A DNA stretch of 64,000 nucleotides, from NCBI GenBank assembly GCA_010909165.1, contig MU008167.1:372001-436000 (forward strand), in the 5' to 3' direction. Shown piece by piece: positions 25,630 through 39,899 of this stretch. Position 1 is the stretch's first letter, and every line of letters begins with the position of its first letter. Origin of the DNA: Anthoceros angustus. Taxonomy: Eukaryota; Plantae; Anthocerotophyta. Below the pieces are notes generated by a model, which ran no database searches, was not told the DNA's origin, and was given only the letters and a program-made list of their open reading frames with translations. Made by a program: the position numbers and the translations under genes.

Positions 25630-27779
25630 ACCATCTGAATTCATTTGAATGTCTTGGTTTTGGAGAAGTAGTTTCTAGTAGGATGACTGCCAGATTTGTA
25701 GTATACATCATTCCTTGCATGCTCTGAGGTTGCACTTGTTGTAGGATCGAAATCAAAGAACAACAACTTGTGTAAGGGAACTCCTACACACCTATCCCCG
25801 CAAGTGCAGGCAGTACAGAGAGGACAACATACTGCAGGGAGTTATCCTAACCACAGTGTGGAAGTAGGCAAGCGGAGAGCAGGGTGTGAATAGTACGAAC
25901 TTGGTGGCTGCAAAAACAACGTCGGGTAATGCAACATCGGGTTTGAAGGAGAAATGGAGTAAGTTCAAATCGAAGAGGATGGAAGCAACTCCTATTCTTA
26001 AGCAAGAGCTATCTGATGCAGAATCCGAGAGCTAGGAGATCCAAATACTGTGGCACTAGTACTATTGTACGAGGTCGAGGCAAGTGCAGGAGGTTGGGTA
26101 TTGTATCTTCCGCAAGGGATCATTCAGGACTGTCTAGGATGGTGGAGGAGGAGGGCCCTAGTCGTGGGGCGCATGGAAAAGGGGCAAGGGGAGCATCTCG
26201 TGGTAGGTGCAGAGGTAGGGGCAAAGGGCTAGGCAAGAGCCACAACAAGGATGTGACCACAAGCCGCCAACGTTAGGGAAATTGTGCAAAACGACAACGA
26301 AACTAAAGACAAGCTTCATTTTTCTCGAGAGTCTGGTGAGGTGTAGGAAGTGATGAGGCAAGCGAGATGCAGGCGTGAGCCTCTTGCATCGCTGCTGCCA
26401 ACATCTAGAGAAGATTCACTGGTGTCCAGCGTGCAGCGATCACCTCATCATCTTGTGGAAAAATTGAAGCTTGCAAATAATTAATTTCACAGAGGATCGG
26501 AAGATCTTCCATAAGACAATAGTGTGCTATTCAAAGATGAGATAGATTACAAAACCATGTTCAACAAATGTTCGCTATGTATTAGGCAAAAGTACCCCTT
26601 CCTATACGAAACCCTAACTAACACTAACAATAATATGGGTTAGGTTTACTATCTTATAGCACGCGGTTCTGGGAGTGGGAAATTGAAGCAAATGCCAGCG
26701 TGCGTCGTCGAGATGGTCGGGTATCGTCTTCTTGGCGAGTTCTCCACACCAGCATGGCATCAGATGCCCTCAGCTGGGGTTCCAGGAGATGGGGCATGCA
26801 GGCTGGGGTGCAGGATGTCACCAAACAGTGTATAACAAGCCTCCTAGTAGAGGCTGCAGTGGAGAAATTCACAGTTCCCGTATTCCGACCTTGTGTCCAT
26901 CCAAATACTGACATCACACCTTATAATGAGGTCTATGAAGTGTGTGATAGTCAAGACGAGGGCGATGATTCCCCTTCTAACAAGGAGATTCGTGAAGGGC
27001 ATAAGGAAGCTCCACTCCTTCAAGGAGCTGAAAGGACACCCATTCCTGAAGTATTGAGGAGGACCATGAGCAAGAGAGTGAAAGCTGGTGCGCAGACATG
27101 TAAGGAAGGCGTTAAGTTATACAGAAGATGTGATGAACTTGTCCTTCGTTCTGTGAAGTATCGCAAAAACCTTGATGTGGAGTATGATATTACTGAAGAG
27201 GATATCTGTCCTAGGTTGGGTAAGTGGTTGGCATGTCCTTTCTCTTTTTCCACTATTAGGTTCATGTACAGCCATCGTGTTTTCCCACTAGTAGCTCCTC
27301 GCTAGCATAGTATTATGTTGTAATGCTGTTATAAAATCCGTTGTAAAATCCGTTGTAAAATGCTACTTTTCTTAGTAGTGGATCCTCTCAACGACATGCT
27401 AGGCTTGAAGTAGCCCGCCGTCCTTAACGACTCGCAAGCCACTTCACACGAACTGTTGCTATTTGTTTCAACAAAGTACAATTACATGAATTCGATGTAT
27501 ATTTATAAGTCTTTGAACTCACTAAAAAAGCAATATTGTACAAGCTCGAATCCTAGCCATCCACGCCCATTGGCTACGGCATCAAGACTGTACACAAAAC
27601 CACAGCTGGATCTCTCATCCAAGCTCCCGCTCGTAATAACTGAAACCCCAAAGCTCCAAAGCCAGCGCTAGCTCATCACGAGGACAAACCTCTAACTTCA
27701 ATTTTTGGCAGTGCTCTTTACTTTCCTCCCCATTGAAGAACATTATTCTCAGTGCTATTTAGCGTAACGTGGAATCGTC

Positions 27780-28420
27780 TAGGATCTTTGTTGCACATCT
27801 TCAAATGAAACCCAAACAGGATCCGCAAAACCACAAAGCTTAACTACGTACTCTAAAATAGAACCTCATTCGATGGGCACCCCCCTTTTTGCTAGGAATT
27901 GCTCAATCTCCCGCAATTCATGAGGCTTGTGTTGCACAAGGATAACATACTTCTTCCTTTCCATGTCCTAGTTTTCTCTGAATGTCAACCGGAGCGCTTT
28001 AAAACTACGAAAGGTCCTCCATACTTGGGTCTTGATTTCGGAGACAATCCTTGTGTCACTGAGAAATGCTTCAATTTCACCTACACTATGTCTCTCACAT
28101 TGAACTTTGTCTCTCGCCTATGCCTGTCAGCATACTCCTTTTGTCTTGCTTGGACCTGAGCCAGAATTCTCCTCACGGCTTCATGCCTAGCTCTCAATTG
28201 CTCAACAAACTCTCGTAGCTATAGAATGAAATTCCTCTGCATTTAGCATGGAAGCTGCGTCCAATGCGTCATCTCGAAGGGGTATAGCCTGTCGAGCTTT
28301 GCACAAAGTTGTTGCAATAGAACTTTGCATCTTCTAGATGACCACTCCAGTCTCGTTGGTCCATCTGCAAATAGTAACATAAGTACTCTTCTTGGATTCT
28401 ATTCACCCTCTTTGTTGACC
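27780..28420 (-). mobile_element. Degenerate Ty3/gypsy (chromovirus-type) integrase + chromodomain relic
   Basis: Minus-strand translation: NRIQEEYLCYYLQMDQRDWSGHLEDAKFYCNNFVQSSTGYTP (integrase core end), QARQKEYADRHRRETKFNVRD..PKYGGPFVVLKR (GPY/F module), EIEQFLAKR..LEYVVKLCGFADPVWVSFEDV (chromodomain-like). Contains stops and frameshifts. Confidence 0.75.
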
Positions 28421-28885
28421 CATCTTCTCATCCAAGGCTTGACGAACCTCCAAGAGTGGATTTCCGATAGTGAGTTGGGGAATTTTGAGGCAGCCCAATT
28501 GGTCCGTACTCTTAAGGAGGCTCACCATTATGGAGGCCGAGGAATTCACTCGCTCGTCCTTGTCTGACCCCATGGAAGATCTGTTGTTTTGTGCAAGTGG
28601 GGGACAAGGACAAATGAGATTTTGTTTCCTCATAGGCATTCTCTCTTATGACCTCAAAACCCGTGTGGTGGAGTGGATTCTCTCTCGAGAGTGTCGTCCT
28701 CCTATGGCTTCCCCTCACCAACAGTGGACCACCCTCGTGGAACATTTCAGGCAGCTAAGAAACATAACTCCACCTTTTTAAGTCTCCTCGAAACTATTTT
28801 ATGGTAAATATTTATATTATTTTTATAGTTTTAATAAATCATTGCTCAGAAGTTATAATTCTGGTTAGATGATGCAGAGATTTAG

Positions 28886-30177
<1,292 letters not shown>

Positions 30178-30330
30178 AGCATGAACGATACATTTTGCCC
30201 GGCCTTCAGGCCAGGGTTCTGGCCATTGAGAAGAGCTTTCATTAGCTATGAACTAAAGAGACAGTGTGTACATGTCTCAGAAAAAATCTGGGCCCTGGAC
30301 CTGTGTCCAAAACATACCTAGCCTACAAAA

Positions 30331-32980
30331 TTAAGCGACTGAGGCAGTCTTAGCATTCGCAGTGATCTGGTTCTGAATATGCTGAGGCACCACTTCGAAC
30401 TGAGCAAGCTGCATTGTATACGAGGCGCGGCCTTTTGTCATGCCCCTGAGGTTGCTCACATACTGGAACATCTCCGATAGAGGCACCAAAGCATCAACCA
30501 CCTGGAAAAGCAGCCACAACCACAAGTAAGAAGCCGACATCCAGCAGATCAGACCTCTACCAGGCCAGCGCTAGATTTCTCCCGAAAGTTGAGTTAAGAA
30601 GACAAACAAACCTTCATGCCACCGGGCTTGTCTCCGCAGCTGTTGATCTGACCACGCCTGGAGTTCAGATCACCAATCACGTCACCCATGTTATCCTCCG
30701 GGGTCACCACCTCCACCTTCATCACAGGCTCCAACAGCCTTGGGTTTGCCTTTGCAATGCCCTCCCTGAAAGCTCCACGAGCTGCAAGCTGGAAGGCCAA
30801 CACGCTGGAGTCGACCTCATGGTAGGAGCCATCCACCAGCACAGCACGGACGTCCACCACAGGGTACCCAGCAAGCACACCATTGCCCATCATATCTTCC
30901 AATCCCTTCACCACACCGGGGACATACTCCTTGGGCACTGTTCCACCCTTGATTTCACTCTTAAACTCGTATCCAGTTCCTGGTTCAAGCGGCTCAAATC
31001 GGATGACCACCTCAGCAAACTGTCCTTGACCACCTGACTGCTTCTTGTGGACGTATTTCACCTCCACTTGCCTTCCAATACTCTCCCTGTAATTTACCTG
31101 CGGGGCCCCAACGTTGGCCTCCACCTGCAACAACAATAAACCAGCCCTAAAGTCAGTTCTTCAAGATTGATCATCCTCGATGGTAGAGGACACAGAAGGT
31201 ACTGAAACTTACCTTGAACTCTCTCTTCAGCCTGTCGACAATGATCTCCAAATGCAGCTCTCCCATCCCCTCGATGACTGTCTGGTTAGTCTCTTCATCC
31301 CTAGAGAAATGGAAAGAGGGATCCTCTTGAGCCAGCTTGATCAAACCCGAAGACATTCTGTCAACATCTGCCTTCGTCTTGGGTTCAATGGCAACCTTAA
31401 TGACAGGGTCTGGAAAGTCCATCCTCTCCAAAATCACCTGTTTCTCTGGGTCACACAGAGTCTCTCCTGTGATGGTATCCTTCAAACCAGCCAGAGCAAT
31501 AATGTCTCCTGTTCTGGCGACTTTCACATCCTCCCGACTATTAGCATGCATCTCCAGTAGCCTCCCAACTCTCTCCTTCCTGTTTTTGTTGGCATTCACA
31601 ACATACGTTCCAGCAGATATCGTTCCCGAGTATACACGTACAAATGTGAGGGAACCGACAAACGAATCATTCATAATCTTGAATGCTAGCCCTGAAAAAG
31701 GTTCACTGTCGCTAGGCAGTCTCACTATGTCAATAGAAGGATCATCGACGTCACATCCCTTAATTGGAGGCACATCCAAAGGTGACGGCAAGTACGAAAC
31801 CACCGCATCCAGCAGAGGTTGGACACCCTTGTTTTTGAAGGCGGATCCACAGAGAACAGGTACAAAGCAGGAGGCGATGGTTCCTTTCCTAATGAGCTGC
31901 ACTATTTGTTCCAGGGATGGTTCCACTCCCTCTAGGTACAATTCCATGGCAGCATCATCCTGCTCGACGATCGTCTCAATCAGCTTTGCCCTATATTCTG
32001 CAGCAAGATCTTGCAAGTTCTCAGGGATATCAACCACCTCGAACTTCGCCCCCAGCTCCTCTCCGCTCCAAACAATGGCCTTCATCTTCACAAGATCCAC
32101 TACTCCAGAGAAAGTATCCTCGGCACCGATAGGAAGCTGGAGCACCAAGGGAACAGCACCCAGGTTGCTCACGATCATGTCCCTGGTTCTGAAGAAGTTG
32201 GCTCCCAGTCGGTCCATCTTATTCACAAAGCAGATTCTAGGAACACCATATTTATCTGCCTGACGCCACACAGTCTCAGACTGCGGCTCAACGCCAGCCA
32301 CACTATCAAACAAACAGATAGCTCCATCGAGCACTCTCAGAGCTCGCTCAACTTCAAGGGTGAAGTCCACATGCCCTGGTGTATCGATAATGTTGATACG
32401 GTGGTTATCCCACTTGGCCGTTGTGGCAGCAGAGGTGATAGTGATTCCCCTCTCTTGCTCTTGCTCCATCCAGTCCATGGTGGCAGTGCCCTCATGCACC
32501 TCCCCAATCTTGTAGTTTCTGCCCGTGTAGAATAGAATCCTCTCGGTCGTCGTGGTCTTTCCAGCATCTATATGAGCCATGATACCTATGTTGCGGTAGT
32601 CAGACAAAGGAACCACCCGCTTCTCTGCAAGGACAAGACAACAAAGTTCAGAGGCAGCCGCTTCCAACTGCAGACGATTCGCACGACTTTCTCGCAGAGA
32701 CGATAGAGACAAAGACTGAAACCATACCCTCAGCAGCCATACAGACCACAGCTGCCCTCTGGCTCACCCTTCCTGCCTTCAGGGACTTCAGCACCCTCCT
32801 CTTCAATGACATTCCCTCCAAAGACGAAGCAAGGGGCAACCCTGTGGTATTCTTGAGGCCAGCAAAGTTGGCCATTCCCCTGCATGCCTCCCCCTTGCTG
32901 TTGCTGGAAGAGGCAGTCGACTGCGAGGTTATCGAGCTTGCACACCTGACGCCACTCACTTGAGCTATGGAGGACGCCAT
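30331..32980 (-). CDS. Nuclear-encoded chloroplast elongation factor G (cpEF-G, SCO1/fusA-like) with transit peptide; 4 coding exons
   Basis: Ser/Ala-rich transit peptide [10 protein letters not shown]...VVCMAAE, then [85 protein letters not shown]. Confidence 0.97.
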
Positions 32981-33744
32981 AGCTCCCTTCCCACCGCCCA
33001 CCTGCCAGAACCACATTACAAGATTACGAAACGGTACATCCAACAGTGAAATTCAAAACGGAGATACCTTCAGCCCACACAGAACTCCCGCAAATCTTCA
33101 GACCAAAAATCTCAAGCACATCATCGGCTGACACCGACACCATCAAATCCCACGGTCCCAGGAGAAAAAATGGGATGCACGAAATAACAGCTTTCACACA
33201 ACAAGACAGGCCTGACTCACAGAGAATGCACGAGACGTCTTTGCACAGGAATGCGTTTCAGAATCCCTCTGATGCAACGCTCCTTCAACCAACGAGGCTC
33301 GAAGGAAGAAGGCCCAGAGTTGTCTGTACAACAGGAGCTAGAATACCTGAGAGGGAAGGACTATCCGCAACCAGAGAGGGAGAGGAACCGCGGTCCCACC
33401 CGCACTGAAGCAAACCTGGAGGCGAGCGGCGAAGGCTTGGGCACTCTACATGAAGCGCACCCGCGTCCACGTTGAGGGCCCCTATCCGCTTCTCCATCAT
33501 ACATTTCATTCGACATCGTTTCGTACTCCCTACTATGGCTACCGTTTCTTTTTGGAGTTTCTTTCCATTCGAATTTGGCGCCCAGACGCGCTCTTCAAAA
33601 CTATGGCAGAATGCGGTGGATGTGAGAGCTGAGACAGCTGCGTGCATTTGCTGAAGAAGAATTCCTGGAATGCATCTGTGCGAGGAGAGTGGAATTGCGG
33701 AATTGCTGATTCTTCCCTGCAGGTTTCTGGATTAGTGCTGCAAG

Positions 33745-35919
33745 ATGGCGCTTTCTGATGGAGAAGAGGAGGTGGAGATGGTTGATGTTGATGAGGATGA
33801 TGAGGAGGCAGTGTTGAGATCCCTTTCACGGAGGTATGAAGATCGGGAGGAGAGTGCAAACAGTGATGAAGTGGATGAAGATGATGAGGAGGAGTACCTG
33901 GGATACTTGGACAAAACGCTTGGGAGGGAAGAAGCGGAAGACGGAGAAGGAGAAGGAGATGGAGTTGGAGATGAAGATGAGTGTGCTGCTGCGCCGGATG
34001 TGCAGGACGTTGCGTCAGGGGACGACGAGTCTGCTAGGGTATCGAAGGAGCGGAAAGGCGGAAAGAAGAGGAAGAGTAAAGAGGATATGGAAGGATTGTA
34101 TGCAGAGTCGCAGCGGCTGCTGCGGGAGAGCAGGGGAGCAGCTTTTGCTGTGCAGCCTGCTGTGCCAAAACCGATTTCTTCGGTTTTGGAGAAGATCAGA
34201 GCTCGCAAGCTGCAGCTGAACATGGGGCCAGGCGGTGGTTCTTGTTGGAAACAAGAGGTGAGGATGCCGGTGGATAGGACAGAGGCGGATGGTGCTGTGG
34301 TTGGTCATGGTGATGGTGAGCTTAGGGTGGAGGCGGTTGGTGCCTCGTCCGGAGTGGCTGTAGTTGCTATGGAGGATTCTGAGGGTGGAGAGTGTGCAGT
34401 GATGGTTGACCTGGAGGCAGATGGTGGTGGAGGATCGGCAGGGGAGGGCGGAGATGGCGGGGGCGAGGAAGGTCAGGGGAGTGAGCTTCCGGGCCCTCCT
34501 GTTGATGGAAGAGCTGTGCCGGATTCGCCTGATCTGTTTTCGTATTCTCAGCTTAGCAGCGGATCGGATGGAGAGGCAAGCCGTGGTGAGCCGAGTGAAG
34601 GAGATCCTGATAGTCAAGGGCAGCGTGAGGTGATGGCAGGGCCAACAGAAGACAGTTTGCACATGTCTCCTGCGAGAGTGGAGAGGGAGAACGAGAGACC
34701 TTGTGAAGCAAAGACTTCTTCGGAGCTGAGGGAGTCTGAGGTGATGGCAGGACCCGAAGTGGTCAGTTTGCACTCACGTCCTGCGAGGGTGGAGAGGCAG
34801 AAAGACAAAGTGAAAATTCCTTCGGAGTTCATCACCGCCAGAGCGATGATAGACGATGAAGCAGAAGACGAGGATGACGATGGCAATGGGAATGGGGACA
34901 GTGACGAGGACGTGGATGAGAATGAGGGTGACCTACAAGATCTGGTTGCAAGCGCTGTGGAAGAAAGGCCCTCTGACAGGCGCAGACGCGAGAAGCTTCA
35001 TCAAGAGTGGCTGGAAGAAAGAGATAATGCAGCAACAGATGATATCCTTCACAAGCTGAAGCATGGGTGGAAGCGTAGCGAGACGAGAGAACGGGCTGCT
35101 GGTTTCCTTGACGAGGATTTTGAGTTGGACAGCCTAGGAGGTTCCAAGGATGCTGAGAGGTTATCTCGTCGTACGCGAGCTGTCCTGGACCAGAACACTA
35201 GTGCTGCAGATGGCGTGGTAGAGCCTCCAGAGACTACGGAGCATGCGGAGGCAGTTCTTTACGACGAGGAGGAGGAGGACGAAAACGCTGAGCAACAAGC
35301 GCTTATGCGACGATTGTTGGAGGAGTCTGAAGAACAGGAAGACTTCCTTAGTGGAGTCATGGATGGAACATCGAGGGAGTTGATGGGGATGATCAACCGA
35401 GTCCGTGTCCCTCACCCACAGGCCAGGACATCCTCGTCCAGCGTAGCGAAGAAACCCAGTCCCCTGAAGCCGTCTTTCTTGAACCGGAGAAAACCCTCAC
35501 TTCTGAACCGGTTCCCTTCTGGCCACTCAGGCGGGAAGAAGGGCTCGCGTGGTGTACCCTCCTTTATCTTTGGACCCAGATCAGGCAAATTGGATAAGAA
35601 AGTGGATAAGGGGGACGATGAGGAGACCCAAGACAAGGAAAACTATGCTCCTGCTCAGGAGGCCGAGGAAAGTGCTCCTCACAGAGAGCAGCTGAGGTTT
35701 CCCAGTAATTTCAACCGGACAGTTGATGTCCGGTCGACATCCTCAAAGCCCACTGGTTCCTCACTTCATGATCTTCTCAAGGCCCAGGCTGCTAAGTTGG
35801 ATAAGTCTCTTCAAGCCAACAGCCCTCCCAGTGAGAATCGCAGCAGAGCTGGGTTGACGAGAACGTTTGGCAGGGTGAAATCCTTCAAGGCGGGTCGAGG
35901 TTCCAGAGATATGTTGTAG
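33745..35919 (+). CDS. Intronless acidic, disordered 724-aa protein with an Mrc1/Claspin-like C-terminal domain (putative replication-checkpoint mediator)
   Basis: Long open ORF. Block AESQRLLRESRGAAF..KPISSVLEKIRARK (plant Claspin-like family) and Mrc1-like block MIDDEAEDEDDD...DLVAS..E.PSDRRRREKLHQEWLEERDNAATDDILHKLKHGW. A likely 5'UTR intron acceptor at 33722. Confidence 0.7.
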   Translation: MALSDGEEEVEMVDVDEDDEEAVLRSLSRRYEDREESANSDEVDEDDEEEYLGYLDKTLGREEAEDGEGEGDGVGDEDECAAAPDVQDVASGDDESARVSKERKGGKKRKSKEDMEGLYAESQRLLRESRGAAFAVQPAVPKPISSVLEKIRARKLQLNMGPGGGSCWKQEVRMPVDRTEADGAVVGHGDGELRVEAVGASSGVAVVAMEDSEGGECAVMVDLEADGGGGSAGEGGDGGGEEGQGSELPGPPVDGRAVPDSPDLFSYSQLSSGSDGEASRGEPSEGDPDSQGQREVMAGPTEDSLHMSPARVERENERPCEAKTSSELRESEVMAGPEVVSLHSRPARVERQKDKVKIPSEFITARAMIDDEAEDEDDDGNGNGDSDEDVDENEGDLQDLVASAVEERPSDRRRREKLHQEWLEERDNAATDDILHKLKHGWKRSETRERAAGFLDEDFELDSLGGSKDAERLSRRTRAVLDQNTSAADGVVEPPETTEHAEAVLYDEEEEDENAEQQALMRRLLEESEEQEDFLSGVMDGTSRELMGMINRVRVPHPQARTSSSSVAKKPSPLKPSFLNRRKPSLLNRFPSGHSGGKKGSRGVPSFIFGPRSGKLDKKVDKGDDEETQDKENYAPAQEAEESAPHREQLRFPSNFNRTVDVRSTSSKPTGSSLHDLLKAQAAKLDKSLQANSPPSENRSRAGLTRTFGRVKSFKAGRGSRDML

Positions 35920-37660
35920 TGGCATACCCGAACTTGCCATGCCCAGAAGCACTCATCTCTGACGAGCGTTGCCTTGGTCAGGGGCTCCCGGTGAAGTGAT
36001 GGGTCCATCCATACCCAAACAGCATTGTTCCTTAGATTGGTACTTCTGGAAGTGGCAGGACTGACCATTCTGGGGAGCTGGTCAGGCAGATTCAGGAAGC
36101 TTAGTACACTCACAGACAAAACAGATTTCTTGGCAATGCGACAGTTCAGATGTAGCTGAATCACTTGAACAATATAGCTTCATAGTAACGAGGTATGCCG
36201 CATTACTGCCTCTATCTGTGCTGTCCATTCCACTATCTGCCAGTTGCGTCACCGTTGGCTTCCCTCCCTGATGGCTGGCTGTACCCATTCCCACTTCCCC
36301 CTCAGTGCCTTCATCTCATCCAACTCTCTCCCAGAGATTTGAATGAGCTGAAAACCACTGACAGAAGTTTTCGAACAGCAGGATTGTCCGTGCCTGGCTG
36401 ACAATTCTGAATTTGCTCCGATTTCTGCTCTACATGGCCCCATTGCAGAAAGGGAACCTCAATTCTGACTGGAGGAAAGATGAGTGAGAAAGGCAAGCGA
36501 AAGACATATTCCTTGCGTAACTGATGCCCAACTTGTGACTCACGCAGATTCTGAAAGCTTCGCAAATTGGTAGCGTCCGACAGACCAGCGCGGCTCTTTC
36601 ACGTTTGGACGCGAAGGGGCAAGGCCTGGAGGGGAGTCTGCACCTGGTCTTTCCCTTTTAAGTGCATTGCAATTTACTACCCTTAAGGCCCCACAGCCCA
36701 GCGAACTGGCTCTTTGGAGAGGTAACGTTCCCTCCGTAATATCCTGTCTGTCTTCGCATCTTCTCCACGCACTCTACGTTGTGAGGAAGTTCTTTTCCTT
36801 TCCCTTTTAGGGCGGACGTCCAATTACTGTACAAGATCAGATGTGATTGGGCAGGGCCCGCTGTAAAGCTACATAGCAATATGTAGTAAAAGACTGACGC
36901 GTTCTCCGGCACGTTGGGAAGGGCAGCAATCGCCTGCCGTACTGTGGACTACATGAAAAGCTGTCGTCCCAGAGGGCCCAGGAATCCAAGTACAAAAACT
37001 ATAATATGTAATCTTATGTTTGTTGGCAGTGCCGGACACTAAAGGTGAAGCAGTCGTGACAGGTGACGTTCGTGCGGCGGTGTTCCCGCAAGCAAACTTG
37101 TAATTGAACCCAGATTTGTTTGTTTGCAGATAAGGGTGGAGCACGGTCACGATGATACTTGTGTAGATATAGGCTGGTGGAGCTGGGGTGGGCCTGCCAT
37201 TAGGCCAGCGCTTCTGCAATTCCTGATTGTGTGAGAGATGCTTGCTGCAAGGACAGCTTCTGGGGCCTGAGGTAAGGTCAGGAGCAACCAGAACAGAGCA
37301 GGCTGCTGGATCCAGGCTCGGTTTTGGTGTGGGTGTGGGGGAGATTCTCCACACCTTTGTTCTCCTTGAGCCAATTCTGCCTGCTTGGGTTCGCGAGTTG
37401 GTGCAATTTGGCAAGCGCAGTCCTGTTGTTGATCGCATTGCTTTTGTGGGTAGTTAGTGGGATCAAAAGCGGGGATGGAAATTGGCTGTTGGTCTTGGGC
37501 GTCAGTCATTTGTGCCTGAAGCATATTTGCGATTTTGTCCTCGTTCGGTGTGGCAGCCCTCGGTTATGCCCCTTTGAGGCTAATGCCGATTGTCTTTCCC
37601 CGGCATGAACGGGGCAGGTTCTTGACCATGTTTCTTTTGGCCCTGTATAGCAGAGAAAAG

Positions 37661-39899
37661 ATGTGGAGTACTTCCGGTTCTCGGCATTCACCAGCTTTAA
37701 CGTATTTGGCATCCACGGAGTTGGCTTTTCAGCATTCATGCTCACACCCCGCCTGCTTGCAACCGAAATCGCTCTTCGGATTGATGAGAGTCTCCCACAT
37801 GACTCATGGGGTCAATATCTCTAGTCTCGAGCCCGTGAAGTGCAAGTACAGCCTCTGCAAGGCGGGTGCTGCAAGTGGTCAATGGTTACCCGATAATGGT
37901 GGAATGGGAGCCGCTTACCAGGGTAACCTGAGGACTTTGTCAGCTTGCAGTCTGCGGGGAAAAGGACCTACCAGTGTAGGGCTTCAAGACTATGTTGGGG
38001 CTGAAGATGATAGGTCATTGCAGAAGGCCCTACCATTCGCGAATCTATGCAACGAAGAATTACCAGACTTGTCTGTGAAGCTGGCACCAGCAGAAGACGT
38101 AGTCACGCATGAGCCCCCATCTACTGGAGAACAGAAAGGGGACAGTGGGGGCATGTCAGTAGACATGGGTAGAGTGAATAGTCAAGGTGAATCGAAAAGA
38201 AGTGGAGAAGGAGAGGCATCGGCACTGCCTGGAAAGATACTGGAGGACAAGGGCTGTCGGGGAATCCCATTGGAGCTGAGCAGTCATAACAGCAAATGCC
38301 ATGCAGGCCTGAACACTGTACAAGATGTTGAAAAAATGGACGCTGCAAACGTGGCTGAATTGAAGGTGACTGGCACTACGGTTCAGAAGAGTCACTCGGG
38401 AAAGTATGACAGGGAGTTGGAGGTGGCCTCGCGTGCAGTTCAGTTGGCTTGTATGCTTACCCAGAGAATACAGGATCGACTTCTGCGACATGAGGAGGAG
38501 GCAAGTGCTAAAAGTGATCACTCGCTTGTAACCATTGCAGGTACTTTCTCGCAAACTTCTCCCACGACCCCTGTGAGTGAGGTTCTGTTGCATGTGCATG
38601 GCCATTTCCAGCAACCATGAGGTAAAGCAGGAGTGCCGGTGGGCTTCCCTCTTTGGTATGATTAGAATATGCCATGAAGATCTATGGTCGCATTTTCTTT
38701 GTGATTAGATTATTGCATGCAGGTTCCTAGGGCTGCCACTTATGTGAGCGGTTGTCGTCTCTGGAGCAGACTGGGGGGTGCAGGCGGTTATCAGCTGGGT
38801 GCTTACGCAAGCCTTTCCAGATGAGAGTTTGTCAATTGTTGCTGAAGAGGACACAGAAGACCTGAGAGGAATGGATGGGATCCACTTGCTGCAACGAGTT
38901 GTGGCTGCAGTGAATGAATGTTTGAGTGAAGCTTCAGTGGTTGGCGTTACACCCCCTGAGGCTTCTCTTGCGACAGTAGATGTTCTGAAAGCCATAAGTC
39001 GAGGAAGTTCTCAAGGTGGTCCTCGGGGACGTCATTGGGTGCTTGATCCTGTAGATGGCACACTTGGTTTTGTCAGAGGTGACCAATATGCCGTTGCCCT
39101 GGCTATGATACAGGATGGAGAAGTTGTGCTGGCAATTTTAGGTTGTCCAAATTTTCCGATGAGGAGGGAATGGCTGAAATATGGTCATAAATACTACAGA
39201 CTTGCGAGCAAACTTTCACCTCCCAAACCAAGCCTGTGGCATAAGGGCTGCCTGATGACTGCAACCAAGGGGGGAGGCGGGGCTTGGATGGAGCCTTTGG
39301 TGTGGAACTCAGAAGGCACAAACCAGTTTGAGAATGCATCACCTTTGCCTATTCATGTTTCAAATATCACAGACCCTGCAAAAGCTGCCTTCTGTGAGCC
39401 TGTGGAGAAGGGGAATTCTAGCCACCATTTCTCAGCAGGTGTAGCCAGCAGTATTGGCCTAAGGTAATGCTGGTGTTGTGTTGCAAAGTATACCTAGCCT
39501 TGTTGTTTCCATGAATGTTGCCATCTTAGTTTTTCTAGGAATGCTTTTGAGATCATCTGAATGAGGACATAACTTCCCTTCGTAACATCCAACAGGACCC
39601 GGCCATTGCGAATATATAGCATGGCGAAGTATGCAGCTATAGCTCGGGGAGATGCTGAGATCTTCATGAAGTTCGCGAAAGTTGGGTACAAGGAAAAAAT
39701 ATGGGACCATGCGGCTGGGGTTCTGATTGTGGAGGAAGCTGGAGGTGTGGTAACGGATGCCAGAGGGTGTCCTTTGGATTTCTCCAAAGGCAGGTATTTG
39801 GAGGGTCTGGACAGGGGGGTTATTGCGTGCGCTGGGACGGTTCTGCACAGCAAAATCATGGCTGCAGTTGATGACAGCTGGAGTTCATCAACACTTTAG
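37661..39899 (+). CDS. HAL2/AHL-like PAP-specific 3'(2'),5'-bisphosphate nucleotidase (inositol monophosphatase family) with long N-terminal extension; 3 coding exons
   Basis: KYDRELEVASRAVQLAC, KSDHSLVTIA|DWGVQA, IVAEED, HWVLDPVDGTLGFVRGDQYAVALA, SMAKYAAIARGDAEIFMKF, YKEKIWDHAAG. Introns 38541-38769 and ~39464-39595. The start ATG at 37661 is inferred (follows a likely UTR-intron acceptor at 37650). Confidence 0.9.

Noticed and set aside
26700-27305. 201-aa ORF with a non-ATG start
   Set aside because: No recognisable domain, and it lies among TE relics next to the gypsy fragment; cannot be called.
31337-32263. 308-aa plus-strand ORF (and similar antisense ORFs at 34015-34773 and 390-959)
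   Set aside because: Antisense shadows of real genes or GC-rich UTRs; no independent coding signal.
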